DNA of 64,000 nucleotides from Flaccisagitta enflata (taxonomy: Eukaryota), in NCBI GenBank assembly GCA_965153355.1, contig OZ231126.1, forward strand, positions 40,982,001-41,046,000, written 5' to 3'. The translations under genes and the position numbers were made by a program. This document shows positions 38,701 through 51,511 of this stretch, in pieces (position 1 is the stretch's first letter; every line of letters begins with the position of its first letter). A model generated the notes under the pieces. The model ran no database searches, was not told the DNA's origin, and was given only the letters and a program-made list of their open reading frames with translations.

Positions 38701-41700
38701 CCCTTTCGAAGGGTTGACTTGGGCGCCCATCGGATCCGCCCGGGACCTTGGAGATAGGTCGGAAAGGGGATCTGGTGCAGGAGCACCCACCACTACCACG
38801 TGGTGAGCCAGAGCAGAGAGAAGACTAGTCTAACCACTCTTAACTTACTCTCTTTCACCCCTTACCGACAGAACTGACAGCCACCAAGATCTCTGATTAT
38901 CTTAATTCATGCTGTTTGTTCATCATTCTTTTATCCACATGTCCGCGGGGATCAACGCCATCAATCGACTGCGGGAGGCTCGAGTACATCCCAGTACACT
39001 TCACTACGTCCATCCGCATCCTCTCGACCACCCACGAGGCTCGCAGACGTCCAGCAGCTCGTCGTCAACATCCCTCAAACTTTGAAGACTCTGGCATCAA
39101 CAACCTCAACACCAGGCGCAGACGAACGGCTCCCACGCCCAAACGACGAGCCCCACGACCATCAGACGCGGTAAACACGTCCACCACATCGTTGGGTAAC
39201 AACATCCATCGTCACTTCGCCCATACGAACCTCCAGTGGCTCGTCATCCGCATCACCAAGTCGTCCTCGTCGAGCTTTCGCCGCCGCCTAAATGTAAACG
39301 TGACGCCAACTTTGAAGAGACGCTGACGCCGAACCTGCGAAGGAATCTGCACGAAACTCGAGCTCCAACTACCTTGGTATCGACTCTAACAACGCTGAAA
39401 GTTTCAACCTCCGGACTCAAAGGGTTCGAGTATATTCCCTCACACTCCTTTTTGCTCTCAAATTCGCCATTTTCGACGATCCTCCAACACCCTCGGTTTC
39501 AATCGTCTCTCGACGCCGCGATTCGACTTCTATCAGCACCAAAACGATACCAGTGGTACTCCAAGTCGTCCTCTTCGAGATTCTGGACCAACCACGACGA
39601 TCCTCCACCCCCAAGCAGCCCGTCCGCGTCAACAAACTTCAAATTCGACAAACCTCCATTTCCGGAAATTTCAATCGTCTCTCGACGCCAGAGTTCGGGT
39701 TTGATCGTCACAAAAATTGACAGGCATGTACCTCTAAGTGTCCTCTACGACATCCACCACCAGCAGCGACCGTCTTCAGCCGCCAAGCAGCCCGTCCGCG
39801 CGACGAAAGTTCGGGTTCGTCGAGCCGCCGCCGCCGGCGACTTTAATCGTCTCTCGACGCCAAAGTTCGAGTTGGATCGTCGTACAAACCAACAGGCATG
39901 TACCTCTAAGGGTCCTCTACACCACTCACTACCAACAGCGACCGTCATCAGCCGCCAAGCAGCTCGTCAGCGCGACGAAAGTTCGAGTTCGTCGAGCCGC
40001 CGCCTACAACAACTTTAAGTCAATCCCAGCGGCCCAATTCTTCACCAATCTTCGTGAATTCGCTCGTGGAGTGATATCAACTCGTCCACCACCTTCTCCT
40101 CTCGCGCCATCGTCATACTCAAACGCCAAGTCCCTCGTCAAAGCGAACAAACCGCATCACTTCGCGACCTTCGCTTCCAAAGACTTCATGCTTCACTTGA
40201 CGACCTGCTGCGCGACTGAGAAGCTCGAGACCGGTTCACCATCGTCTAGTAGTGTCTCCTCAACTTCCACTTCCATCCTCAACTCGTCAATCAACTCCCA
40301 AGTCTCCCGTTGACGCGACTGAAGTCGCATACTACTAGAGTTTCAAAGCAAAGAAGTGGCCATATCTGCCAAACGGCTCGTCAGAGGAAAAATCCGCTGG
40401 ACGATCTCCACCTCTGGTATAAGTCAAGGTTGCTGAATCAGCAGACATGTCGCTACATGGGTTTTTATGAACTCAACTCGTTTTACTCCTTAACTCAGTG
40501 ACTACTGTATGCAAATGAGCTCTGCCCAAGAAAGTTGTGTGTAGCAAGAATACACATTGTTCGTTCTGCTTTACAATAAACTTGTATCTGATTCATCCTG
40601 AATCCTGGACTTTTTATTTCTACAAGGCCTAGAGCCTTAAGTATGATTAAATACCCCAAAGGGGTAGTTGAATGACTTTAAGGGCTGAATGCCCCTGTAA
40701 AGACTTGTACTGTGGCGTAGCCTTGTGTCTTATGTTGTAACTGTAACTACAACACCAAACTTGTTTGGAGTCCAAGTTGTGGCTATTGCTCACAGCTACA
40801 AATTGTTTATTTTGAACCCCTCAAACATGATCTTTGGCTTGTATCTTTTTTATGCATCACACTGTAAGTCGAGGTCGGCCTTTCAGCAGACATACAGCTC
40901 CATAGCCTAACTCGTTCATTACTCGTTTTCTTCATCAAATGACCAGCAGCAATATGCAAATCAGCTGAGCTGAAATTCTCATATCCAACAGAAGTATTGT
41001 TATTATCAATATTATCATTATTGATACTGTTATTGTTAAAATTAATACTAAGTCCATGTTATTGACGTGCTGATTGACTCGTGCAGTACTATTGTTGTAT
41101 TGAGCACGACACGTGCAATGCAATGGTTGTATTGAGCACAATTTGTGCCATACAATTGTATTGAGCACGAGTCGTGCTCAATGCAACAATTGTATTGCAC
41201 GAATCGTGCTCAGTCACCTAGAAGACAAACAAATACAAAATTATATGGAGCACGACTGCAAACTATTGTGTCCACCATGTAATACCATCGGCATTGGCAT
41301 GTGATAGTTTTGTTTTGTTATGTTATTATTAAAAACAAAAACAAGAAAAACTACAGCCACTTATTTCCCACGTTTTGTTGATTTGTGAAAGCAACAAATT
41401 TGTTCGTGCCTGATTTCGCTAGGACCTGTGATGATGTTGTTAGTTCAGTCAGAACAATGGGCATTCGTTTAAAATGATTATAGTCAGTCAGATCCAGTTT
41501 AATGGTCTTGCCAAGATTAGTCACGTACACGCGACTGTACTCCTTGCCGTGTCGGTCGGTCGGTCGGTCGGTCGGTTGGTCGGTTGGTCGGTCGGTCGGT
41601 CGGTCGGTCGGTCGGTCGGTCGGTCGGTCGGTCGGTCGGTCGGTCGGTCGGTCGGTCAGTTGGCCGGCCGGTCGGTCGGTCGGTCCGTCCGTCCATGCGT

Positions 41701-42253
41701 CTGTCCGTCACATTGATAAATTCCGCCCGAATTTTGCAGTACTGCTCCTGCCGAACCGTCCGCGACTGGATTGCCATGTATCCGGCCTTGTATTAGTGAA
41801 CTGCTATAGCCAGCAAGGAAACTACCCTGCGCTCAGGGTAGTTTCTTTGCTGGTTTTTTTTTACTGGCTTTTCGGCTATACAATTTTTGTATTCAGCTAT
41901 ACAATTATTGTATTTACTACGGGTTCTGGCGCTGAAATACAATTTTTGTATTTTTTTTTCCTGCTCGCTGCCGGCTCCTTTTTTATTCAATTATTGTATA
42001 AATTATGGAATACAATAAATAAATATCGTCGCTACAATAATTAAATATCGTCGTTTTTTTATACAATTTTTGTTTTTTCCTATACAATTGCTATACAATC
42101 GTCATACAACTCGTGTATTTGCTGTACAACTGCTGTACAATTGCTGTACAATTCGTTGTATTATCTAAAATACAATAACGTCCGTTGCTGTACAACACGA
42201 CGATATTTATTTATTGTATTTTTGGAAAGTTTTATGAGTGTATGTGTGCATGT

Positions 42254-42307
<54 letters not shown>

Positions 42308-45300
42308 AATGTGTATGTGTGAATGTGTATGTGAATATGTGTGTGTGTGTGTGTGCGTGTGTGAAATTGCGAATGTGTGTGTGTAGGGGGGTGCACTTTG
42401 AAAACGTTTACCGATTTGGTGGAATTTTTTATTTTTCTTGACCCTAACCCTTTATCTTACTCGTTGAAGCGCGTAGAGAGTGCTTTTTGGCTTCTCCGTT
42501 GAATATCCTCTCCCCAAATGGCGTTTTTTGCTCCAACGCATGTGCGGTCATTTTTTCACCAAAATTTGTCGAAAATAGTCTGGATGTATCATTCTTCACT
42601 TGAATCACTAATTAGATATTCTTTAAAACGCCATAGAGCTGTTTTGAGTTTAGTCGCTTATTTCACATTTTTTTTATCTGCGACGCGTCGTCTATGGTTT
42701 AACAGGTTTCTCAGTATAGCTTCTATTTAGAGATTCGATTTTTCCATTTGACCCAGTCGCTTCATTCAAAATCGAGATACATTGTTAGGCTCTGCACTGT
42801 TCACCTGTTCTGTTGTATTCACAACACCCCGGCGTCATTTTTTCTCTTTATTCTTTCTTTTTCTTTTTAGTTGCGGACACGCAACTCTATAAGAGACTTT
42901 GTCCGTCCGTCTGTTGTTCCGTTGGTCCGTCCATTCATTACGCTCGAGTTGATGCTGCAGTTGTTTAATTGTGTGATTGTGTCGGCGGGGAGTGGGGTTG
43001 GGGTGAGGCTGGGGGTTGGATGCCCCTGTCCACCCTTCCGCAACAATATTGTGACCCCGCATCATATGTTTTTAGTTGCGGACACACGGTCCGTTTGTCT
43101 GTCACGCTTGAGTTATCACAAAAACGCGTATTTAAGTTTCTGCAGTTGGTATTTATTGTGAGTGAGTGAGTTGCAGGGGGTGTGGTTGGGGTGAGGTTGG
43201 GGGTTGGGTGCCCCTGCCCACCCGTCCGCAACGAAATTGTAACCCCCTGCCACTTGTTTAATCGTGTGCTACGCGACTCAGCTATTCTCCATAAGACGAT
43301 TCAATGCCTTAGTTTTTTGGGGGGATTTCTCGCTAGAGGGCGAAAATTTAATTCGAGCAGTACCAGGTTGTGATAATATAAGGCCAGATACACGGCCATC
43401 AGTTGCGGACGGGTGGGCAGGCGCGTTTTCCCACTTTTTGACTCGATCATTACGGACCAACGGACGGACGGACCATCGGACGGACGGACCGACGGATGGA
43501 CAAAGCCTCTTATAGAGTTGCGTGTCCGCAACTAAATAGACGTCCTCGACTTAATCATGTATACCCACGATGCTACTGTTTGTCTATCCGTCAGTTGGTC
43601 CATCCATATTCTTATTTTCCGCGGTCTTTGGCCTCACTACTCCTGCCTTGATGCTCTTATGATCTTGAATACGGCTCCTGCCCACCCGCACGCGATGGTA
43701 GTTGGGTCCTTCATATGGCAAAAGTTTGCAGTATCGTTTTGCCTTATTCACATAATGTGGGGGAGCAGAAACTATGAAGATCAGCGTTTCTCAAATTTTC
43801 AAAATTCTGTTTTTAGTTGCGGACACGCAACTTTATAAGAGGCTTTGTCCGTCGGTTTGTTGGTCCATTGGTCCATCAGTCTGTCGGTCCCTCGGTATTG
43901 ATTGAGTTGAAAAGGGGGTAAACAAGTGTTTAAGAAGCTTTTTGTGCATGTGTTGGTGTTGGGAGGGGGGTTGGGAGGGGTGTTGGGTGTGGATGGGGGT
44001 TAGATGCCCCTGCCCACTTGTCCGCAACGATATTGTGACCCCGGGTCACTTGTTGTTTTATCATTAAAGTTTTCACAAGAATCCTAGAAACCAACAAAAT
44101 CTTGTGTAGTTCTGTTTCTAAACCAAGCAATTATTTGTTTTAGAGAATTTCAATATATAAGTATAGACTTAGATATCAAAACATAAAGTATGATAAAGCT
44201 TATTTAAAAAATAGATAAAAAAATTCTATAAAGAGAAATAATTAGTTGTAGCTTTTTTGAATCATATCAGTAAATTGATTTTTCTACTGCATTAAGCCAT
44301 TATGCAAATAAGGTCCTGCAAATTTTTTTTTACAAAATGGAAGATGAACAATTTTCGATAAAGAAAAAATTGTAGGAATCCTAAAATTAACCCCTCCTCA
44401 TTAAGTAAAGCGGGTGAAAAGAAATTCCCGACTTTTACTATATAAAGCACCCAACTGGGGTAGCCGTGCTTCCGGCCTAGTTTTCCTAAAGGAATTCTTT
44501 TCTTACACTCATTTTTGGGCAGCTGCCCCAAAGTGCAATTTTTTCTGATATGGTGGTCCCTTCTTGTCCCCCCCCTCTGAAGCCTCTCAAACCCCAAATT
44601 TTGCCTCTCAGACCTCAAATCCGACCTTTCCAACCCCTAAAATAATCAGGCCTCTCAGACCCCAACAAGTCAACCAACGATCGCACATGGTCAGCAGTAC
44701 CCGATGCCCTGTTTGGAATGATGAGCTGAAAAAGTGGAGTGAGAGCAGGGCAGCGGTCCCAAAAGGCCGATGTCCTGTAGGACACGGGGGTGACTTTCCA
44801 TACGTCCTGAGAGGGCATAGTTGAGGCCTTAGAATCAATTTTCCATGATATTCAATGGGAATTTTGCACCTTTTTCAATTTTTTGACAATTTGCCATGTT
44901 ATTCAATGGAAATTTTACATTTTTCTTATTTTCATCAATATTCCATGTTATTCAATGGGAAACGTGCATTTTTTTGCTTTTTGCACGTAAAATTTCAAGT
45001 CTTGATTTTAATTTATGTGGTCACAGTGAAATTTCAAAGTTGATCATTACAAAAATAAGAACTGAATTGTGACGATCACTGACCAAGCCTTGTAGTTAAT
45101 TCTTTTTTTCCACACAGCGCCTCACACAAAAATGCGCGACGCTTTTGTGCCTCAATCTAGTAAAATTTCTTAAAATCAAAATTGACATATCTCGGGAACT
45201 ATTTGAGCTAGCCCGATGATATTTTGCATGGTTGATATATACATCAAGAGGGTTCTTTACCTTATTTCTGGTGCGTCTCAAAGAATGTCGAGTGGTCCCA

Positions 45301-48300
45301 ACAGACCAACCAGCCTACCAGATAAAAAAATTAAAAAATGCCATAACTTCTAAAATAATTGTCCAATCTGGTTGAAATTTTGCATGAAGCTTCCTTAAAG
45401 GATTCCTCGTCACAGGCATCATGCATCATTAGGAGCTTGAGGGAGAATTTTTTTCTCCAACCGCCCACCCAACCAGAAACGGTTCTTATAGCAATTTTTT
45501 TCAAAAACTCAAAAAAAAAAAAAAAAAAATTCAGAAACATGATCACACATCATTGTTTTAAAACTATCAATAAAATCTTTAACGTAAAATTGATTTTTTT
45601 AGTGTATTTGGCAAAATTTTTAAGTAACAAAATTGCCAATAATGTGTTTTTAGGCCTAATTTGTTTGAAAAATGAGCTTTCCTAAGAAAATCCAATTATG
45701 GATTTGTATGTAATAAATGGTAAGCTACATGACAATGTATAGTTTTGTTCAATTTTATAACATTTGAAATTGATGAATTTCACCCCATCCGCGGACCGCT
45801 GACCACAACACCAGTCATAATCATATCACTAACAAGATCACTATTTATTTTCAAAAACTATAGTCATCGTGAAAATAAATATAAATATAAAAACATATCC
45901 TATGAAAGAGTTTATTTAAAAAGCAGATTATCAGTTCTTTAAAAAGCTTCAAAATTACAGTCGCCGACTGGGGACTGTAATTTTTGAAGCTTTCTCGTTG
46001 CTTAAACGCAACTCGAGAAGATACACGACGAGACAGCAATTTCAAGACAAAAAAATATTGTTTTATAGATGACAAAACTTGATAAGGATAGCAATAGTGG
46101 ATGATGATAATGACAACAATAAATGATAATAACAACAAAAATCTAAGAAAAAAATATTAAAAAAGTTTTTCAGAATAATTAAAAAAAAAAAATTGAAAAA
46201 AATTCTTTAAAAAGATTTTAAAAAAACTTTTGAAAAAAATTTACAACAAAATTTTATAAAAAAAATTTCTGAAAATTTTCTAAAAAAAATTTTCAAAAAA
46301 AAAAAAAAATTCTTAAAGAAATTTTCAAAAAAATTTTCAAAAAAATTTTCAAATTTTCAAAAAATTTCAAATAAAATTTCAAAAAATTCAAAAAAATTTT
46401 CAAAAAATTTTCAAAAAAATTTTCAAAAAAATTTCAGAAAATTTTCAAAAATTTCAAAAATTTTCAAAAATTTTTCAAAATTTCAAAAAATTTCAAAAAT
46501 TTTCAAAAATTTTTCAAAAAATTTTTCAAAAAAATTTAAGTTGAAGATGCCAGTAGTCGAGGATGATGACAGTAGTTGCGGATGATGACAGTAGATGAAG
46601 ATGATGACATTAGTTGAAGATGATGACAGTAGTTGAAGATGATGACAGTAGTTGAAGATGATGACAGTAGTTGAAGATGATGACAGTAGTTGAAGATGAA
46701 TCTTGAAATCCATGATGGCAAACCTAAAGAAAAATCAGTATGTAATAAATGAGCAAGTAGAAGAATTCATCAACTCCAATCCTCAATATAGTTCACCTAA
46801 GTCCTAGTAACATATTACTACATTAATAAGCTAATATCTCATAAACCAGACTTCAGATTTAATTTGAATTTTGTAGAGGTTATTCATTCACTACCCTCTA
46901 CTTATGTACCAAATTAGAAAAAAATTCACATACCTTTACTACCCTTTGCCTATATAAATTGCCTAAGTCATAGTAACATATTACTACATAAATAAGCTGA
47001 TATCTCATAAACCAGACTTCAGATTTAATTCGAATTTTGCAAGGGTTATTTATTCACTACCCACTACTTGTGTACCAAATTAGAAACAAATTCACATACC
47101 TTTACTACCCTTTGCCTATGTAAATTGCCTAAGTCTTAGCAACATACTACTACATAAATAAGCTAATATCTCATAAACCAGACTTCAGATGTAATTCGAA
47201 TTTTGCAGGGGTTGTTTATTTAGTACCCTCTGCTTGTATACTAAATCAAAAAAAATTCACAAACCTTTACTACCCTCTACCTATGTAAACCACCTCAGTC
47301 CCAGATAAATATTACTACAAAAATAATAGGCAAAGGGTAGTAAAAGTTTATAGATTTTTTTGAAAATTGGTACACAAGCTCCCATTGACATAATAATAAC
47401 ACTGGTAAAGTTTCATGAACTTCTGAAGTCTGGATCAAAAGATATGAGAAGGTTCTAGACAGACACACAGACTACACGAACAGGCTATTTCATAGTCACC
47501 GACGAAAACTGTTCCTCGAGGACAAAAACAAAGAAATTGTCTTTGTTATAAGGAATAAAAGCATATTGATCTATCTCACTGCACTATACAAATTGGGTCT
47601 TACAAACAGAAAGATGAACAATTTGATGAAAGGGTGAAAATGAATTTCCAACTTATGCTATGAGAAGCACCCAAACACTCCACAGAAACAGCAGAAGCAG
47701 TCGGCGGTGGGTCAAAGATGGGATTTTGATAGAATTTGTGTTAGCTGCTACAATTTGCTTGGTCACAGGGTTTTCTCAAGCAATGAATCAGCTTCAACTA
47801 CACGCTTTTCATTTTATAAGAACATGGATTTTTTAAGTCAGTCTCGACGTTCTTATCTTTAGCTTTTTTTTCAGGCTCAAGCGTTCTTAATATGTTCTTT
47901 TTTTTTAACTAAATAATTTCTTTATAAATCTATATCTATATTTATATAATGGTTTGTTATTTTAAGCAATTATCTAAGAAATATAAGATTAAAATTTAAC
48001 AAATAATGAATTATCATTGTAGAAAGCATTATCAAAATATCTATTATTCAGGGTCTTTTATTTTATTTCACTACTTTTTTGAAAACTTTTTTTCTTTTTT
48101 TCAAATCTGAGGCTCAGCATGTTCTTTACATGTTCTTATTTTTTGGCCAAATAAACAGTGTTCTTATAAAAAGAAAAGCGTGTAGCGAAATTATGTAGAT
48201 AGATGAATCATCCATGGATCGCTCATGGTCAGCGATACCCGAGGCACTGCTTTGAATAATTAGCTGAAGAAGTGGAGTGAGAGCAGGGCAGCAGCCCCCA

Positions 48301-50399
48301 AGGGGAGAAGTTTCATACTTCCTGAGGGGGCATATTTGAGGCCTAAGGAGCAATTGTCTATGATATTAAATGGGAGTTTTGCATTTTCTTAATTCCTTGT
48401 TACGTCGCCATGTTATCCAATGGGATTTTCACATTTTTTTTTTCATTTTTATCAATTTTTTGTAAATTTTCCATGTTATTCAATGGAGAGTTTGTATTTT
48501 ATCAATTATCCATGTTATTCAATGGGAATTTGAGGCTTGAGAAGCTTGGAGGGGGAAAGGACGGACAAACAGACGGACGTACGGATGGATGTATGGAAAT
48601 TCACCCCAGTGTTCTACAAGATATCAGCCCTTTGAGGCCGCTGCCTAAATAGGATGTCGATTATTGGTATTTCCTGTCTGACAAAGCAGGGTATAGAGTT
48701 GCGTGTCCGCGACTAAAAAGAAAATACAGAATAAAAGAAAAGTGACTTCGTATATTTAAATACCCGTATATCTAAATACATGTGAAAAATTTCTTAGCTT
48801 GACGATCGCTTGTACTCTGTCTCTCTCTATCGCGTCCATTCGCTTAATTGCTCCTGCCAGATCATTTGCGACTATTGTCCTGTGTTGAGCTTCTTCGTAA
48901 CAAGATCGATATTAACACATTAATTGATGCCCGTTGTGACGAGGATAAGTTGATGCTCAAAATCGGTCTCAGAAGAAAGAGCCAGCAGGAAAACGGATTT
49001 ACCATGTTTTGTTAACAGCCTGGAGGAGGAGTCATCTTAAGCGGCATAAAATTTTTGAATGAGACTGGAATAAAAGATTGGATGGGGATGGACCCAAAAA
49101 AGTGACGAATGAATTAAGTTGGGGCATCAAAAGTAGCTGTATCATCCTCAAAGCGTCGACCCTCGTCGGGAAGTAGCCACATCGCGTCAAACATGAAATG
49201 TGCACAGTACCGAAAGACATGGGAGAAACGTTTTATCGATTTTACGGCGAGAATAAGCTTCAAATACCGTCTCTAGAAAGGTATATGTTTGCTCGTTTTA
49301 GCATCAACACCCCGTATAACAAGACTAGGTTTTTTTTGCAAAATTTTTGATGAAATCATGGGAGAGATGTAGGGAATAATTTTTGGCAAATTACGCTTAC
49401 CAGCTATAATAAGGAGTTAAGCCCGATGTTTTGGGCGAATTTTTGAAATTTCAGTTTTACCCTACGACTGATTCCACCAAATCGGGTCATGTTTTCAAAG
49501 TGGGGTGTGTGTGTGTCTCTCTTTAGCTTTCTCTTCCTCTTTCCTTTTTTATTCTCTTTCTCTCCCTCTCTCTTTCTCTCTCTTAAGCAGAGTATAATGC
49601 AAAAGCTAGCGTCATAAAATTTAGGGCCAATTTGTTTAACATGTTGACTCCTCTCTCTTGTTATATGGGGATAAAAAATAGGATCAATGAAAAATATCGA
49701 TTTTTGCAAAAAATGCGAAAAAATATTAAAAGATTCAAAAATTCAAAGCGCCAAAACTAATGATCGTAGAGACTTCTGGTTGGCGCCATTTTAAAGAGAA
49801 AAAAAAAGCTCTTTCTCAGCTATAAATATAAAAAAGATGTATCATCCCAGCCCAAAAACGGCACAGTTTTCTAAAATTGTCTCGAATCCAAAATGGAAAA
49901 CTTTATTTCTCCCCTGCGTTTCAAAAAGTCGAATTATGTAATTCGACTTTTTTCCAACATTGCAAAAATATTTTTATTGTTAAAATGCTTTATTGCTTTT
50001 AATTACAAAATATTTATCAATAGCAATAAGTTTCATGTAAAATCATCTATACATGAGCGAATGAAGGGGCGCTAATTGCAGGTTAAAAAGACAAGGTTTC
50101 ATTTCAATTTCAAAAGCGCTCGAGGCGCTAATTACAGGAAATACGGTAATCCTCAACATATTACGTCAACTTGATATTACTATTGTATTTTCTCATTATC
50201 TCTCAGTATCAAGGAACAAAAGAACTAATTTCTCATACTATCACTCAATTTTTAGAAAGAACAATCAATAAATACCAATGTCAATGGCGGCGATCAAGGG
50301 CGTTGACGCCGCCACCTGATCTTCCACTTCTCTTCCCCTTACACGACGCCGAATGTCGCATTCCAACACCGCGTCGCCGCCACTTTCACTTCCGCCCAT
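28299..50399 (-). CDS. GK5: Glycerol kinase 5 (FGGY family), 10 exons, about 548 aa if a 1-nt deletion in exon 5 is corrected
   Basis: GT-AG exons: 50399-50276, 32368-32199, 31930-31769, 31236-31088, 30832-30702, 30612-30344, 30108-29927, 29619-29462, 28837-28678, 28439-28299. Motifs IAAIDIG/TT, VEIDPEQLW, IGISTQRNTFTTW, GK5-type insert (WNRSLSLK...FLLAS), HATDYSCASATGLYDP, GDQQAAMFG, FGTGTF, YPIIGWKI, PAFSGIQAPIND, RVDGGVS, LGAAFLAG. Confidence 0.93.
33857..34492. mobile_element. Transib-like MITE with RSS-like TIRs
   Basis: About 50-bp TIR starting CACTGTG. 5-bp TSD CATTG at 33852-33856 and 34493-34497. Interior is 9-bp tandem repeats (TTTTGTCAA/C, CATAGTCAT). Confidence 0.88.
35915..38254. 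repeat. 2.3 kb inverted duplication (arms about 35915-36935 and 37195-38254)
   Basis: TCGAGTTGTCCCTCAAAACACTC... is mirrored by ...GAGTGTTTTGAGGGACAACTCGA, and matching ORF fragments appear on opposite strands. The spacer is A-rich about 14-bp repeats (AAAAATTTTAGCRA). Confidence 0.92.
39490..40030 (+). repeat. About 170-bp diverged GC-rich tandem repeat (3+ units) with coding-like character
   Basis: Recurring TTTAATCGTCTCTCGACGCC...CAGGCATGTACCTCTAAG...CAGCGACCGTC...GCCAAGCAGC at about 39500, 39672 and 39843. Related units at about 34540 and 34705. Confidence 0.75.
42865..44055. mobile_element. Cluster of HINE-like family B copies
   Basis: TTTTAGTTGCGGACACGCAACTCTATAAGAG hairpin start, TCCGCAAC subTIR and terminal stem-loop. 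Copies at about 42865, 43070, 43380 (reverse) and 43811, plus another at 58370-58508. Confidence 0.75.
46550..46700. repeat. 19-bp minisatellite GTAGTTGAAGATGATGACA
   Basis: About 7 tandem units following an A/T-rich low-complexity tract. Confidence 0.85.
46796..47450. repeat. 166-bp tandem repeat (about 3.2 units) followed by an inverted partial unit
   Basis: Units start at 46796, 46962, 47128 and 47293 (CCTAAGTC...). Inverted fragment TAGGCAAAGGGTAGTAAAAG...TCTGAAGTCTGG at about 47327-47450. Confidence 0.9.
47801..48182. mobile_element. MITE with CAC termini and TA TSD
   Basis: TA|CACGCTTTTCATTTTATAAGAACA ... TGTTCTTATAAAAAGAAAAGCGTG|TA. Related element at 61239-61737 with the same GTTCTTA subrepeats. 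Confidence 0.8.
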
Positions 50400-51395
50400 G
50401 ATTCAGGGCAATTGGTATGTTTATGGTTTCACAAGGCCAACACCTAAAAGTCGCGTGCGAGACAAAAATAACTGATTTGACTTGACTCCTTATTCTATCT
50501 CAACAGAAAAAAAAAAGTCAAATATGAAACCACATGGGTAGCAAGAGAATTTACCCAATTTGCAAAACCAATACAATGATACAATGATTTCCGGACAAAC
50601 CTTTGTTGTCCAGAGTCGAGAATATGTCAGGTAAAAGGTTAGCTATTGACAAAACAGTATTCCAATGAATTCAAACAGCTATTTCCTGAAAAATATGGTA
50701 TTTCAGGTGAAATTGTGATTTAAAGTGTGTTTTTCCAAAAACTTTTAGGTGGCTTTTTTTCAAAAATTGTTTGAAAAAAGCCAATTTAATCCAGCCGGTT
50801 TAATCCGGCTTTTTTCAAATGGCTAAAATTAGTGTGCCAACTCAGTCGGAAATAGCACGGCCCATTATAGCACACCGAGATTATAGCAGCCTCATTTTTA
50901 CAAAAAAAGACAAGTAAAGGCCAAAAGACAAGATAAAGCTGATATCATGCGAAGTAAAAGATATTACAGTAGTGCTGATAATGATGTTAATGCGGTATTT
51001 TCATTCGTCAGCATATAAAAGCAACAGAAACATACATTCACATACAGTCCTACATATCTGGTTGTCCCTGAGTTCAGTTTTTTACTTTTTTTTTTCAAAA
51101 AAATTGAGTAGAGAATGTCATTGTTAAAGAAGCTTAGAAGATAGGGTTGCCGTGGCCAAACCAGGCCGCGGTAAGTTAGGTTAAGTTACCCATTGTATCT
51201 CCAAAGCCTGATGATTTCATATCTGTCCTCGTTTTCATTCCATGACGACGCCCTCAGACGCCATAAAAAAAGAAACAGCGCATGACTTTGCAAAAGCTAC
51301 AACAATGTCGTCAAAAATTACAGGATATTTTCACATTTAATGTTTTTTTGCTCAGTTAAGAATGATCGAAGGCAAAGAACAATGACAGCAACATC

Positions 51396-51511
<116 letters not shown>

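Larger units (their letters stand above)
32768..42240. mobile_element. 9.5 kb CACTA/EnSpm-like (CMC) element with long imperfect TIRs and 2-bp TA TSD
   Basis: TA|CACTCATAAAA...TACAATAAATAAATATCGTCG...GCAACGGACGTTATTGTA at 32768 and its inverse ending TTTTATGAGTG|TA at 42240, with subterminal TACAA repeats. No recognisable transposase inside, so the superfamily call rests on the termini only. Confidence 0.75.
42394..49502. mobile_element. 7.1 kb Transib-like non-autonomous element loaded with nested HINEs and MITEs
   Basis: TIR CACTTTGAAAAC...CCGATTTGGTGGAAT at 42394 and its inverse ending at 49502. 5-bp TSD GGGTG at 42389-42393 and 49503-49507. Confidence 0.82.
32553..49957 (-). mobile_element. 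Family F HINE split into three pieces (32553-32767, 42241-42393, 49503-49957)
   Basis: Left and right pieces are collinear with the intact copy at 9951-10740. The pieces sum to about 820 bp versus about 790 bp for the intact copy. Confidence 0.8.
32414..50146. mobile_element. Family G MITE split by about 17.4 kb of nested insertions (outer shell of GK5 intron 1)
   Basis: TA|CCTTGTATTTCCTGCATTTATCGCC at 32412 and GGCGCTAATTACAGGAAATACGG|TA at 50148. Residual pieces of about 140 and 190 bp sum to roughly the 342-bp intact relative at 13022-13363. Confidence 0.7.

Noticed and set aside
46796-47330. CRISPR-like or regularly spaced array
   Set aside because: The units are contiguous with no unique spacers, and the context is eukaryotic with no cas genes.
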